Made by a program: the position numbers and the translations under genes. The notes below the pieces were generated by a model. It ran no database searches. It was given only the letters and a program-made list of their open reading frames with translations, and had not been told where the DNA came from. From Candidatus Bathyarchaeota archaeon (GTDB taxonomy: Archaea > Thermoproteota > Bathyarchaeia > TCS64 > B23), in contig JAGHBJ010000063.1 in NCBI GenBank assembly GCA_021161045.1, positions 1 to 45,072 of the forward strand: 45,072 nt of DNA, in the 5' to 3' direction. Shown in pieces: positions 15,427-23,312 of this stretch (its first letter is position 1; every line of letters starts with the position of its first letter).

Positions 15427-16998
15427 ATGAGGATTGTACTAACATCCGATCAGTCGCTCACATCAACGTTTAGAGATATTCCACTGTTAGACTTCCTCCC
15501 ATGCGCACCCATCGAGAGGGTGCCGAGGATAATCTATAGATTATTGGATTCACAGCTTCCAGAGAAAAATGGACGATTGATATATGCTCCATATGCGATA
15601 AGAAAAGTGGAAGCGGCACTCCTCAATAGTGGATTTAAAAGAGAGGAAATCGTTGTAGCACATCCTAAAAAAATAGAGTGTTTTATCGATGACAAAACAA
15701 CTATTGTTGGAATAAATACAATGGATCCATATGGCTTGGGTCCCGTATCATTGATGTTTACGGATGGTGGAAAATTAACCTCATATTCAAAATATTTTTT
15801 CACAACTCTTGTTAAAAGATTGAATGATTATAGAGAAAGGAAGAATTACAAGTTTAAGATCGTTGTTGGTGGACCTGCTGGATGGCAATTAAAGATGAAG
15901 CAGGATTTAACTGAAAAATTAGGGATAGATCACGTTGTGTCTGGGGAATGTGAGCATGTTATTGGGGATATATTTAGGGATATTGAATCAGGTTCAGTAG
16001 ATAGATTTATAGATATAAAAACTATGCCAAGAATAGATGAGATACCAACAATAGTAAATCCATCATATAAAGGTATGGTTGAAGTTATGAGAGGATGCGG
16101 AAGGGGATGCAAATTCTGTTCACCAAATTTGAGAACTGCAAGATTTTATCCAATAGAGAAAATAATTGAGGAGGTGAATGTTAATGTTAAATCTGGATTG
16201 AGAAGAGCATGGTTGCATAGTGAGGATATTTTTAACTATATGGTTGAGGATAGAAAAAATTTCTATCCAAATGAGGATGCTGTAATTACTCTATTTGAAG
16301 AGACTCTTAAAAGAGTTGAATTTGCAAATCCAACACATGCAACAGTAGCTGGAGCTCTAGCAGCACCTAAAATATTAAAAAGGATTGCCGAATTAAATCA
16401 TGCAAATGCAAATAGGTGGATTGGAGTGCAAGTAGGTTTTGAGACAGCATCATCAGAGTTAATTAAGAAAATAGCGAATAATAAGATGAAGCCGTTCAGC
16501 GCTGAGGAATGGCCATGGGTTTTATTAAATGGAACATACGCATTTAACAAATTTTTCTGGTTCCCAGCATACACAACTATATTAGGGATTCCAGGTGAAA
16601 CAGATGAGGATGAAATTGAAACTGCAAGACTTATAGTGACTATGGAAAAGAGATTAAAGGAAAAATTGGGGGAGAGAGCTCATTTTACAGTTACACCTCT
16701 CGCCTTCGTTCCCATGGGTAGTTTTAAGGAGGCAGACTTCTTCGATATCAATGAAAATCTAACAAGGGGTCGTATATTACATCTCTATTATGCCTGGCGT
16801 CATTTAGCATATGAAGTTGAGCATTCTTTGAATATGGTGATAAAAGACAAATTAACTCTCCTTATGTTCTATCCTTTAGCAAAATTAGGCTCGAAAATCG
16901 TTGTGGATAGTATTAGGAAATTTGCTATTAAAAAGGGAATCAATGTCGATAGGCCCCTTGAACCAATGGACTTGAAGATTTCCAAGATAGAGGTATGA
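15427..16998 (+). CDS. B12-binding-domain-like / radical SAM domain protein (class B rSAM-like), encoded by a low-GC gene
   Basis: The CxxxCxxC motif sits in MRGCGRGCKFCSP at about residue 223. It is preceded by a Rossmann-like N-terminal domain (KIVVGGPAGW) and followed by a GFETAS-type motif. The 523-aa length fits. Sampled lines are 27% GC (15661-15720), 32% (16021-16080) and 38% (16381-16440), against 55-57% in the flanking genes. Confidence 0.85.
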   Translation: MRIVLTSDQSLTSTFRDIPLLDFLPCAPIERVPRIIYRLLDSQLPEKNGRLIYAPYAIRKVEAALLNSGFKREEIVVAHPKKIECFIDDKTTIVGINTMDPYGLGPVSLMFTDGGKLTSYSKYFFTTLVKRLNDYRERKNYKFKIVVGGPAGWQLKMKQDLTEKLGIDHVVSGECEHVIGDIFRDIESGSVDRFIDIKTMPRIDEIPTIVNPSYKGMVEVMRGCGRGCKFCSPNLRTARFYPIEKIIEEVNVNVKSGLRRAWLHSEDIFNYMVEDRKNFYPNEDAVITLFEETLKRVEFANPTHATVAGALAAPKILKRIAELNHANANRWIGVQVGFETASSELIKKIANNKMKPFSAEEWPWVLLNGTYAFNKFFWFPAYTTILGIPGETDEDEIETARLIVTMEKRLKEKLGERAHFTVTPLAFVPMGSFKEADFFDINENLTRGRILHLYYAWRHLAYEVEHSLNMVIKDKLTLLMFYPLAKLGSKIVVDSIRKFAIKKGINVDRPLEPMDLKISKIEV

Positions 16999-17048
16999 AT
17001 CTGAGGGAAGGGTTTTAGCCTCGTCGTTGAGATGTTCTCTGGGCAGGT

Positions 17049-17375
17049 TTGGTGGATCGGGAGGCTAGGGAGATCGCCTTGGAGCGGATACGGATATTGT
17101 TCAGGTTAGCCGATGAGGTCTTCCATCAGAATCCTGAACGTGCTCAGCGTTATGTAGACTTGGCGAGGAGGATCGCTATGAGAGTGCGCATACATCTGCC
17201 GAGGGATCTCCGTCGTCGTATCTGTCGTCGATGTAAGGGCTTCCTCGTTCCAGGTGTTAACTGCCGTGTGAGGATTAGACAGCGTAGAGAGCCTCATGTT
17301 GCCATCACCTGTCTAAGATGTGGAGCTATAATGCGCATACCCCTGAGGAGGAGGGGCGATGGGGAGGGGGCTTAA
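17049..17375 (+). CDS. rnp4: RNase P protein component 4 (Rpp21/Rpr2 family)
   Basis: An N-terminal helical region (ALERIRILFRLADEVF...RAQRYVDLARRIAMRVRIHLP) is followed by the zinc ribbon CRRCKGFLVPGVNCRVR...CLRCG. Confidence 0.85.
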   Translation: MVDREAREIALERIRILFRLADEVFHQNPERAQRYVDLARRIAMRVRIHLPRDLRRRICRRCKGFLVPGVNCRVRIRQRREPHVAITCLRCGAIMRIPLRRRGDGEGA

Positions 17376-18390
17376 ACTCATCAGCATCGGCCTGGCAGAT
17401 GAATACGACCTCAGCCTAAGGGCCATAGAAGAGGCGAGGAGCTGCGACAAGCTCTACGTGGAGCTCTACACCACGAGGCTCTCCACATCGAGGGAACGGC
17501 TTGAAGAAGTGCTCCAGAGACCCCTAACGGAGCTCTCCAGGGGGGATTTAGAGGGGGAGAGGCCTAGGATATTGGATGAGGCATCCCGAAGCCTCATCGG
17601 CCTCCTCATAGGGGGTGATTGCCTCGCCGCGACGACGCATATATCACTGCTACTTGAAGCCAAGAGGCAGGGAATACCGACATGGGTGATCCATGGCTCC
17701 TCCATATTCACAGCCATAGCGGAGACGGGTCTCTCCCTCTATAAATTTGGGAGGATAGTCACACTTCCACTCCCAGAGCGGGGGCCACCTGACACGGTTC
17801 TGGAAGCCCTGGAGGGGAATCTCAGCCTAGGCCTCCACACCCTAATCCTCCTAGATCTAGACGTCGAGAGGGATAGGTGGCTGAGCGTAAGCGAGGGGGT
17901 GAGACTACTCCTAGAGGCTGATCGACCGGAGGTCTTCAACGAGGAGACGCCAGCCATCGGCGTTGCAAGGCTAGGCTGGAGCAACCCCTTGATCAAAGGG
18001 GGTAGAGCCGTGGATCTCCTAGATGTAGACTTCGGCGACCCCCCGCAGGCGTTGATAATTCCTGGACGCCTCCACTTCATGGAGGAGGAGGGATTGAGGC
18101 TTTTGGCCGACTGTCCAGGGGAAGCCTTAAAGGGGTGGAGGCCGAGGGGTGAACCCGAACATCTGGTGGAGAGATATATGAAATCCTGTAGAGGGGTGAT
18201 GGAGAAGTTGAGGGATAAACCCCTAAGCGAGGAGGCTAGGAGAATATTAGATTATGCCGCGAGGTATCTGAGTGACGCCGAATACTACGCTGGTGAGGGG
18301 AGATGGCCTACGGCGTTGGCAGCCATCTCATATTGCGAGGGCCTACTCGACGCCTTGAGGCTGCTAGGCCTAGTAGAGTTTGAGTGGTGA
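17359..18390 (+). CDS. dphB: Diphthine synthase (Dph5/DphB) with a C-terminal helical extension of about 85 aa
   Basis: LKLISIGLADEYDLSLRAIEEARSCDKLYVELYT and IIPGRLHFMEEE match the tetrapyrrole-methylase-fold diphthine synthase, which is normally about 260 aa. Residues from about 258 to 343 are extra. Confidence 0.85.
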   Translation: MGRGLKLISIGLADEYDLSLRAIEEARSCDKLYVELYTTRLSTSRERLEEVLQRPLTELSRGDLEGERPRILDEASRSLIGLLIGGDCLAATTHISLLLEAKRQGIPTWVIHGSSIFTAIAETGLSLYKFGRIVTLPLPERGPPDTVLEALEGNLSLGLHTLILLDLDVERDRWLSVSEGVRLLLEADRPEVFNEETPAIGVARLGWSNPLIKGGRAVDLLDVDFGDPPQALIIPGRLHFMEEEGLRLLADCPGEALKGWRPRGEPEHLVERYMKSCRGVMEKLRDKPLSEEARRILDYAARYLSDAEYYAGEGRWPTALAAISYCEGLLDALRLLGLVEFEW

Positions 18391-18395
18391 CCCCC

Positions 18396-18845
18396 ATGGG
18401 TAAGACCGTTCTAGCCTCAGGGGTCTTCGACCTCCTCCACTACGGCCATGTCCGCTTCCTTGAGGAGGCTAAGAGGCTTGGAGGCCCCGATGCTAGACTC
18501 GTCGTCATCGTCGCCAGGGATCGAACCGTGGAACGATTGAAGGGTCGGAGACCCATCATCCCTGAGGATCAGCGTAGAGCCCTCGTCGAGGCTTTGAAGG
18601 TTGTCGATGAGGCCCTCCTCGGCTACGAGGAGATGGATCTGGAGGCCGTCCTGGAGCATGTGAAGCCTGACATCATCGCCGTAGGCTATGATCAGGAGCG
18701 AATTGAGAGGGAGGTTAGACGCATCATCGAGGAGAGGGGTTTAGACATAGAGGTTGTCCGTATAGGACGGTTCGGCGATGAGGAGCTAAGCAGCTCCTCC
18801 AAGATTAAGAGGAAGATCGTCGAGGACTGGATGCGTAGACTCTGA
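18396..18845 (+). CDS. ribL: Archaeal FAD synthase (FMN adenylyltransferase, cytidylyltransferase fold)
   Basis: MGKTVLASGVFDLLHYGHVRFLEEAKRLG carries the (T/H)xGH nucleotidyltransferase motif. The roughly 150-aa size is typical of RibL. ATG 18396 was preferred over the track GTG 18384. Confidence 0.85.
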   Translation: MGKTVLASGVFDLLHYGHVRFLEEAKRLGGPDARLVVIVARDRTVERLKGRRPIIPEDQRRALVEALKVVDEALLGYEEMDLEAVLEHVKPDIIAVGYDQERIEREVRRIIEERGLDIEVVRIGRFGDEELSSSSKIKRKIVEDWMRRL

Positions 18846-19503
18846 CGAGGTCGCCGTCCCTGAGGTTGAAATGCTTTCTCAGGTATATAGGCGATATCAC
18901 CTCCAGCACCGAGTCGTCGTAGATGGTTCTATCGGCCACTATCACAGCTCCCTCGACGTCATCGTTTATGATGGCTGGATAACATCTCACGGCGCCGAAG
19001 CTCCGCTCCTCATCTTTGAAGCCCTCTAGGATGATGGCTGGCATCCTGGTCAGCCGCCGCTTCATCTCGATGTAGCCTCCGCTCAATCTTAGGTTGAGAG
19101 TCCCAGGATAGGGATCAAAGCCCAGCTTCTCCCTTATCTGCCCCCTATATCCATCCCGAGTGATGTAGTAGGCGCCCTCACCGAGACCTGTGAATACGAC
19201 ACCCTCGAAGATATAGGCCTCCAACTCGCCCTCCTCCAGCTGCCTCCTAAGCCCATAGTAGACCTCCCATAGGACTCTTAACCCCTCCTCCGTTATCCTT
19301 ATATGGCTGCCATTGACTCCAACTCTTCTCTCTATCATGCCCAGCTGCTCGAGGAGTCTCAGATGCCTGGAGGCTGACTGCTGGGAGCATCCCAGCACCG
19401 AGGAGAGCTCCGTTGTGGAGACCCTTATCTCCCTTCTTCCAGCCCCCATATTCATCAATCTATAGAGTGTGAACCATAGGTGAGGCTTCAGACTCTCCGT
19501 CAA
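18805..19503 (-). CDS. rbkR: RbkR-type bifunctional protein: an N-terminal winged-HTH fused to CTP-dependent riboflavin kinase
   Basis: The wHTH is TTELSSVLGCSQQSASRHLRLLEQLGMIERR. The archaeal riboflavin kinase domain carries GTLNLRL and LEVISP motifs. The start is TTG. Confidence 0.8.
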   Translation of the reverse strand: MTESLKPHLWFTLYRLMNMGAGRREIRVSTTELSSVLGCSQQSASRHLRLLEQLGMIERRVGVNGSHIRITEEGLRVLWEVYYGLRRQLEEGELEAYIFEGVVFTGLGEGAYYITRDGYRGQIREKLGFDPYPGTLNLRLSGGYIEMKRRLTRMPAIILEGFKDEERSFGAVRCYPAIINDDVEGAVIVADRTIYDDSVLEVISPIYLRKHFNLRDGDLVRVYASSPRRSSS

Positions 19504-19538
19504 GGCTATGGATAAAGAGGGTGTTGCTCCTTATTTGG

Positions 19539-20996
19539 CTAGCCCTTGGCGACGGCTATGGGGACGGTCATCATCACCTTCGTCCCTATGCCCAGTCTAT
19601 GGCTTACCTCGGCAACCCTGTGGATGTCCTTGTAGCCCTCGGGGGTCTCCTCCTCGACGACTCGGCCGCTGGCAGCTCTGACGATGATCCCCTTCCTCTT
19701 CAACGCGGAGATGACGCTGCTCGCAGTGAATCGTCTCCGAGCCGCAGCTCTGGAGAGGACTCGTCCAGCGCCGTGAGCCGTGCTGGCGAAGGAGATCTCC
19801 TCAGCCTTCTCCGTTCCAACGAGGAGATAGCTCGCCGTCCCCATTGTTCCGACGAGGAGGACGGGCTGGCCGATGCCTCTATAATCCTGCGGCAGATCCT
19901 CCCTCCCAGGGCCGAAGGCCCTTGAGGCCCCCTTCCTATGGACTATGACGAGACGCCTCTTGCCGTCGACGACGTGCCACTCCCTCTTCGCCGTGTTATG
20001 AGTCATGCCATAGACTAGGTGCATACCCATATCCTCAGCCGACCTCTTAAAGACCTCCTCGAAGGCCCTGCGAACCTGGTGCATTATGATGTGCCTGTTG
20101 ATGAAGGCCCAGTTTATTGCGCAGGCCATCGCCTGGAAGTAGTCCTCAGCCTCACGGCTCTTCACAGGTGCGCAGACCAGCTCCCGTGAAGGAAGCCTTA
20201 TGCCATATCTCCTCGCAGCCCTATCCATTATCCGTATATAGTCGCTGGCGATCTGATGGCCATAACCCCTCGATCCGGTGTGTATCCATATGACCACCTG
20301 TCCAGGCCCCGTGATCCCAAAGGCCTTGGCGACGCGTTCATCATAAACCTCGGCGACCCTCGCGACTTCGAGGAAGTGGTTTCCGGCTCCCAGGGTTCCG
20401 AGCTGTCCGGCTCCCCTCTGCTTAGCCCTGTTTGAGACCTTCTCGGGATTCGCCTCCTCCATGCAGCCCCCCTCCTCCATATGCTTCTCATCTCCCTCCC
20501 AGCCGTAGCCGTGGTCTATCGCCCACTTCACACCCTCGACTACGGCGTTGTCCAATTCACGGGTTGAGAGCTTCAGCTTGCTTCCGACGCCCACGCCGCA
20601 GGGGACAAGCCTGAAGATTGTGTCGATGAGCTCCCCAAGCTTTGGCTTCACCTCATCGTAGGTGACGTCTGTCCTGATGAGTCTCACTCCGCAGTTTATG
20701 TCGTAGCCTACTCCACCTGGGGAGATGACTCCCTCCTCTGCGTCGAAGGCCGCTACGCCTCCGATGGGGAAGCCGTAGCCCTGATGGCCGTCGGGGAGTA
20801 TGATGCTATACTTCAATATCCCTGGAAGCTGTGCCACGTCGACGCCCTGCTTTATCGTCGCATCCTTCGTCATACCCTTCAGGAGGGCGTCGTCGGCGTA
20901 TATCCTGGTGGGGACATTCATCCTAGGATCAGCGCTCTTAGGGATCTCCCAGATGAAGTCCCCCAACCTGTTGATGGGATAATTCATAGGCCTCAC
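19539..20996 (-). CDS. rtcB: RNA-splicing ligase RtcB
   Basis: The motifs PDGHQGYGFPIGGVAAF, GGVGYDINCGVR and HTGSRGYGHQ are present. At 485 aa it contains no intein. Confidence 0.95.
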   Translation of the reverse strand: MRPMNYPINRLGDFIWEIPKSADPRMNVPTRIYADDALLKGMTKDATIKQGVDVAQLPGILKYSIILPDGHQGYGFPIGGVAAFDAEEGVISPGGVGYDINCGVRLIRTDVTYDEVKPKLGELIDTIFRLVPCGVGVGSKLKLSTRELDNAVVEGVKWAIDHGYGWEGDEKHMEEGGCMEEANPEKVSNRAKQRGAGQLGTLGAGNHFLEVARVAEVYDERVAKAFGITGPGQVVIWIHTGSRGYGHQIASDYIRIMDRAARRYGIRLPSRELVCAPVKSREAEDYFQAMACAINWAFINRHIIMHQVRRAFEEVFKRSAEDMGMHLVYGMTHNTAKREWHVVDGKRRLVIVHRKGASRAFGPGREDLPQDYRGIGQPVLLVGTMGTASYLLVGTEKAEEISFASTAHGAGRVLSRAAARRRFTASSVISALKRKGIIVRAASGRVVEEETPEGYKDIHRVAEVSHRLGIGTKVMMTVPIAVAKG

Positions 20997-21016
20997 CCCT
21001 TCTCTCAGAGGGAGGG

Positions 21017-21025
21017 CTTATAAAG
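21017..21025. promoter_or_regulatory. Single near-palindromic TATA box CTTATAAAG in the 50-nt divergent rtcB / wHTH intergenic region
   Basis: It lies 21-29 nt from the rtcB start (20996) and 22-30 nt from ATG 21047. Confidence 0.4.
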
Positions 21026-21046
21026 ATTTTTGGCTTCTAAACCAAA

Positions 21047-21511
21047 ATGATGAGGATAAGGGTTTTGAGGAGGCTGACGGTGGAGGAGGTTCGCCGGCGT
21101 ATAAGGGAGCTGGAGAGGAAGTATGGGGGAGTCCTCACCGAACCCTCCGACCGCTCAGTGGAGGGGTGGATAGAGCGCCTTGAGGACTACCTTGAGTGGT
21201 CTGGGATGATGAACGCCCTCAGGGCATACGATGAGGAGGGGGAGTCAGAATACTATGTGGAGGAGACCTGGGAGCTGCCGGCTGAGGATCTATCGAAGCT
21301 GACGCCTAAGAGGCTGGAGCTCCTAGACGCCCTCTCTAGGATGAGGTTCTCCTCAATAAGCGAGCTGGCTGAGCATCTCAGGAGGGATGTGAAGAACGTC
21401 TACCTCGACCTAAAAGCCCTGGAGGAGCTGGGCTTCATAAGGTTGAGGAGGCATGGCCGAGGCCTTATACCTGAACTCAGGGTGGAGGAGCTGACCCTAC
21501 TCCTGGGGTGA
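21047..21511 (+). CDS. Winged-helix DNA-binding protein (predicted transcriptional regulator)
   Basis: The C-terminal half, LTPKRLELLDALSRMRFSSISELAEHLRRDVKNVYLDLKALEELGFIRL, is a typical MarR/ArsR-like wHTH. The N-terminal half was not recognised. Confidence 0.6.
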   Translation: MMRIRVLRRLTVEEVRRRIRELERKYGGVLTEPSDRSVEGWIERLEDYLEWSGMMNALRAYDEEGESEYYVEETWELPAEDLSKLTPKRLELLDALSRMRFSSISELAEHLRRDVKNVYLDLKALEELGFIRLRRHGRGLIPELRVEELTLLLG

Positions 21512-21547
21512 ACCTTAAAGTCCCTATGGGTATCCTATTCATGAGAT

Positions 21548-23185
21548 ATGTCCACTAAGGAACCCTGTAAGGCTGATCTGGTTCTCCTCAACGGGAAGAT
21601 AATCACCGTCGACGAGAACTTCACCATCGCCGAGGCCGTCGCCGTGAGGGATGGACGAATAATGGCTGTGGGTTCAAATGAGGAGGTTAAACGCTACATC
21701 GATGAGGAGACGGAGGTCATAGATCTAGAGGGGAGAACCGTCCTCCCAGGCCTTATAGATTCTCACATCCACCTGCTGAGCCTCGGCCTGACGATGTTCT
21801 GGATAAACTGCTCAACGCCTCCGATGAGGTCTATCAGGGATATCGTGGAGGCGGTGAGGGAGAGGGCCGAGGAGCTAGGTCCAGGGGAGTGGATCATAGG
21901 CCGTGGATGGGATCAGTCTAAGTTGGAGGAGCATAGGTTTCCGAATCGATGGGATCTCGATGAGGCGGCTCCCGATAATCCCGTATATCTCATCAGAACC
22001 TGCGGCCACGTCGTCGTAGTCAACAGCAAGGCGCTGGAGATAGCGGGGATAGACCGAGACACCCCCCAGCCAGAGGGAGGGGTCATCGTTAAGGATGAGG
22101 ATGGTGAGCCAACGGGGGTTCTATTGGAGCGTCCAGCCTTCTGGCTTGTTCAGAGGCATATCCCACAGCCGAGCTTCGAGAGGAAGGTGGAGGCCATAAA
22201 GAGGGCTTGTAGAGCCTTAAATGAGGTTGGCATCACAGGCGTCATCGAGCCTGGCATAACCGCTGAGGATATGAGGGCCTATCAGAGGGCTAGGGCCGAG
22301 GGAGGCCTCACGGTGAGGGTGAACATGATGCTACGGGGCGTGGAGGGCGATGAGCCATTGGAGGAGAGTTTAAAACGCATCAGGGATTTCCCACTCTCAA
22401 CGGGCTTCGGCGACGAGATGCTCCGATTCCTCGGCCTAAAACTGCTGATAGACGGCGGAATAGGGGGCAGAACAGCGCTGCTAAGGGAACCCTATGAGGG
22501 TGAACCCGACAACTATGGGGTTCAGACGATGCCCCTGGAGAAGCTTCAGAGACTCATCGACGAGGCGAATCTCCATGACATGACCGTAGGCGTCCACTGC
22601 GCTGGCGGCAGGGCTATAGACCTCGTCCTAAAAGCCTTCGAGGAGACGGATAGGAGGAGGAGCATTAAGGGTAGGAGGTTCACGTTGATCCACGCCTATC
22701 TGCCGAGTGAGGAGAACTTTGAGCAGTGTCGACGCCTCGGCGTTGTCGTCGCCTCCCAGCCCAGCTTCCTCTACTACCTCGGAGACAGCTTCTACGAGAA
22801 CGTCGGAGCCGAGAGGGCCAGCTGGGCCAAGCCTCATAGGGCTTGGATCGACCATGGCATAGTGGTCGCTGCGGGGACTGACTCTCCCGTCACCCATTAC
22901 AACCCCTTCATAAGCCTATGGGCCGCCATAACTCGGAGGACGGAGGGCGGGAGGCAGCTGGGCGGCGAGCAGTGTGTCGGCAGGGAGGAGGCCATAAGGA
23001 TGTATACCATCAACGCAGCCTATCTCAGCTTCGAGGAGCATCTTAAGGGGAGTCTTGAACCTGGGAAGCTGGCTGACATCATCGTCATCGACCGAGACAT
23101 CCTAACCTGCCCCATCGACGAGATCAAGTCGATTAAGGTGCTGAGAACAATCCTCGGTGGAAAAACCGTCTATGAGGCTGAGTGA
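21548..23185 (+). CDS. Amidohydrolase-family metal-dependent hydrolase (Amidohydro_3 / COG1574-like), paralog A
   Basis: VLPGLIDSHIHLL is the metal-binding HxH motif, with GTDSP near the C-terminus. It is about 40% identical by eye to the ORF at 27647-29200. Confidence 0.85.
   Translation: MSTKEPCKADLVLLNGKIITVDENFTIAEAVAVRDGRIMAVGSNEEVKRYIDEETEVIDLEGRTVLPGLIDSHIHLLSLGLTMFWINCSTPPMRSIRDIVEAVRERAEELGPGEWIIGRGWDQSKLEEHRFPNRWDLDEAAPDNPVYLIRTCGHVVVVNSKALEIAGIDRDTPQPEGGVIVKDEDGEPTGVLLERPAFWLVQRHIPQPSFERKVEAIKRACRALNEVGITGVIEPGITAEDMRAYQRARAEGGLTVRVNMMLRGVEGDEPLEESLKRIRDFPLSTGFGDEMLRFLGLKLLIDGGIGGRTALLREPYEGEPDNYGVQTMPLEKLQRLIDEANLHDMTVGVHCAGGRAIDLVLKAFEETDRRRSIKGRRFTLIHAYLPSEENFEQCRRLGVVVASQPSFLYYLGDSFYENVGAERASWAKPHRAWIDHGIVVAAGTDSPVTHYNPFISLWAAITRRTEGGRQLGGEQCVGREEAIRMYTINAAYLSFEEHLKGSLEPGKLADIIVIDRDILTCPIDEIKSIKVLRTILGGKTVYEAE
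23026..23079 (+). repeat. 54-nt tract identical to the reverse complement of 27750-27803 (within paralog A)
   Basis: The tract is CAGCTTCGAGGAGCATCTTAAGGGGAGTCTTGAACCTGGGAAGCTGGCTGACAT. It was compared base by base with the other copy. Confidence 0.9.
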
Positions 23186-23312
23186 GTGTCTCCCTTTCTT
23201 GATTCATCGATGTCGTGAACAGTTTGAGGATCTCCTCCCCTCATAGCCCCTAGCCTCGTGGGCTTTATGTTATTGGACAGTGGCTGTCAGATCTGTTTCC
23301 CTGTGGATGTGT

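Noticed and set aside
15340-17045. Direct repeats flanking the low-GC island (TCATTGTTGAGGG near 15345 versus TCGTCGTTGAGATG near 17025)
   Set aside because: Only the hexamer GTTGAG is shared, which is indistinguishable from chance. No target-site duplication can be claimed.
19539-20996. Checked RtcB, and also PyrG, SecY and the aaRS genes, for inteins or insertions
   Set aside because: All have standard lengths and contiguous conserved motifs. There is no Cys/Ser...HN intein signature and no extra domain.
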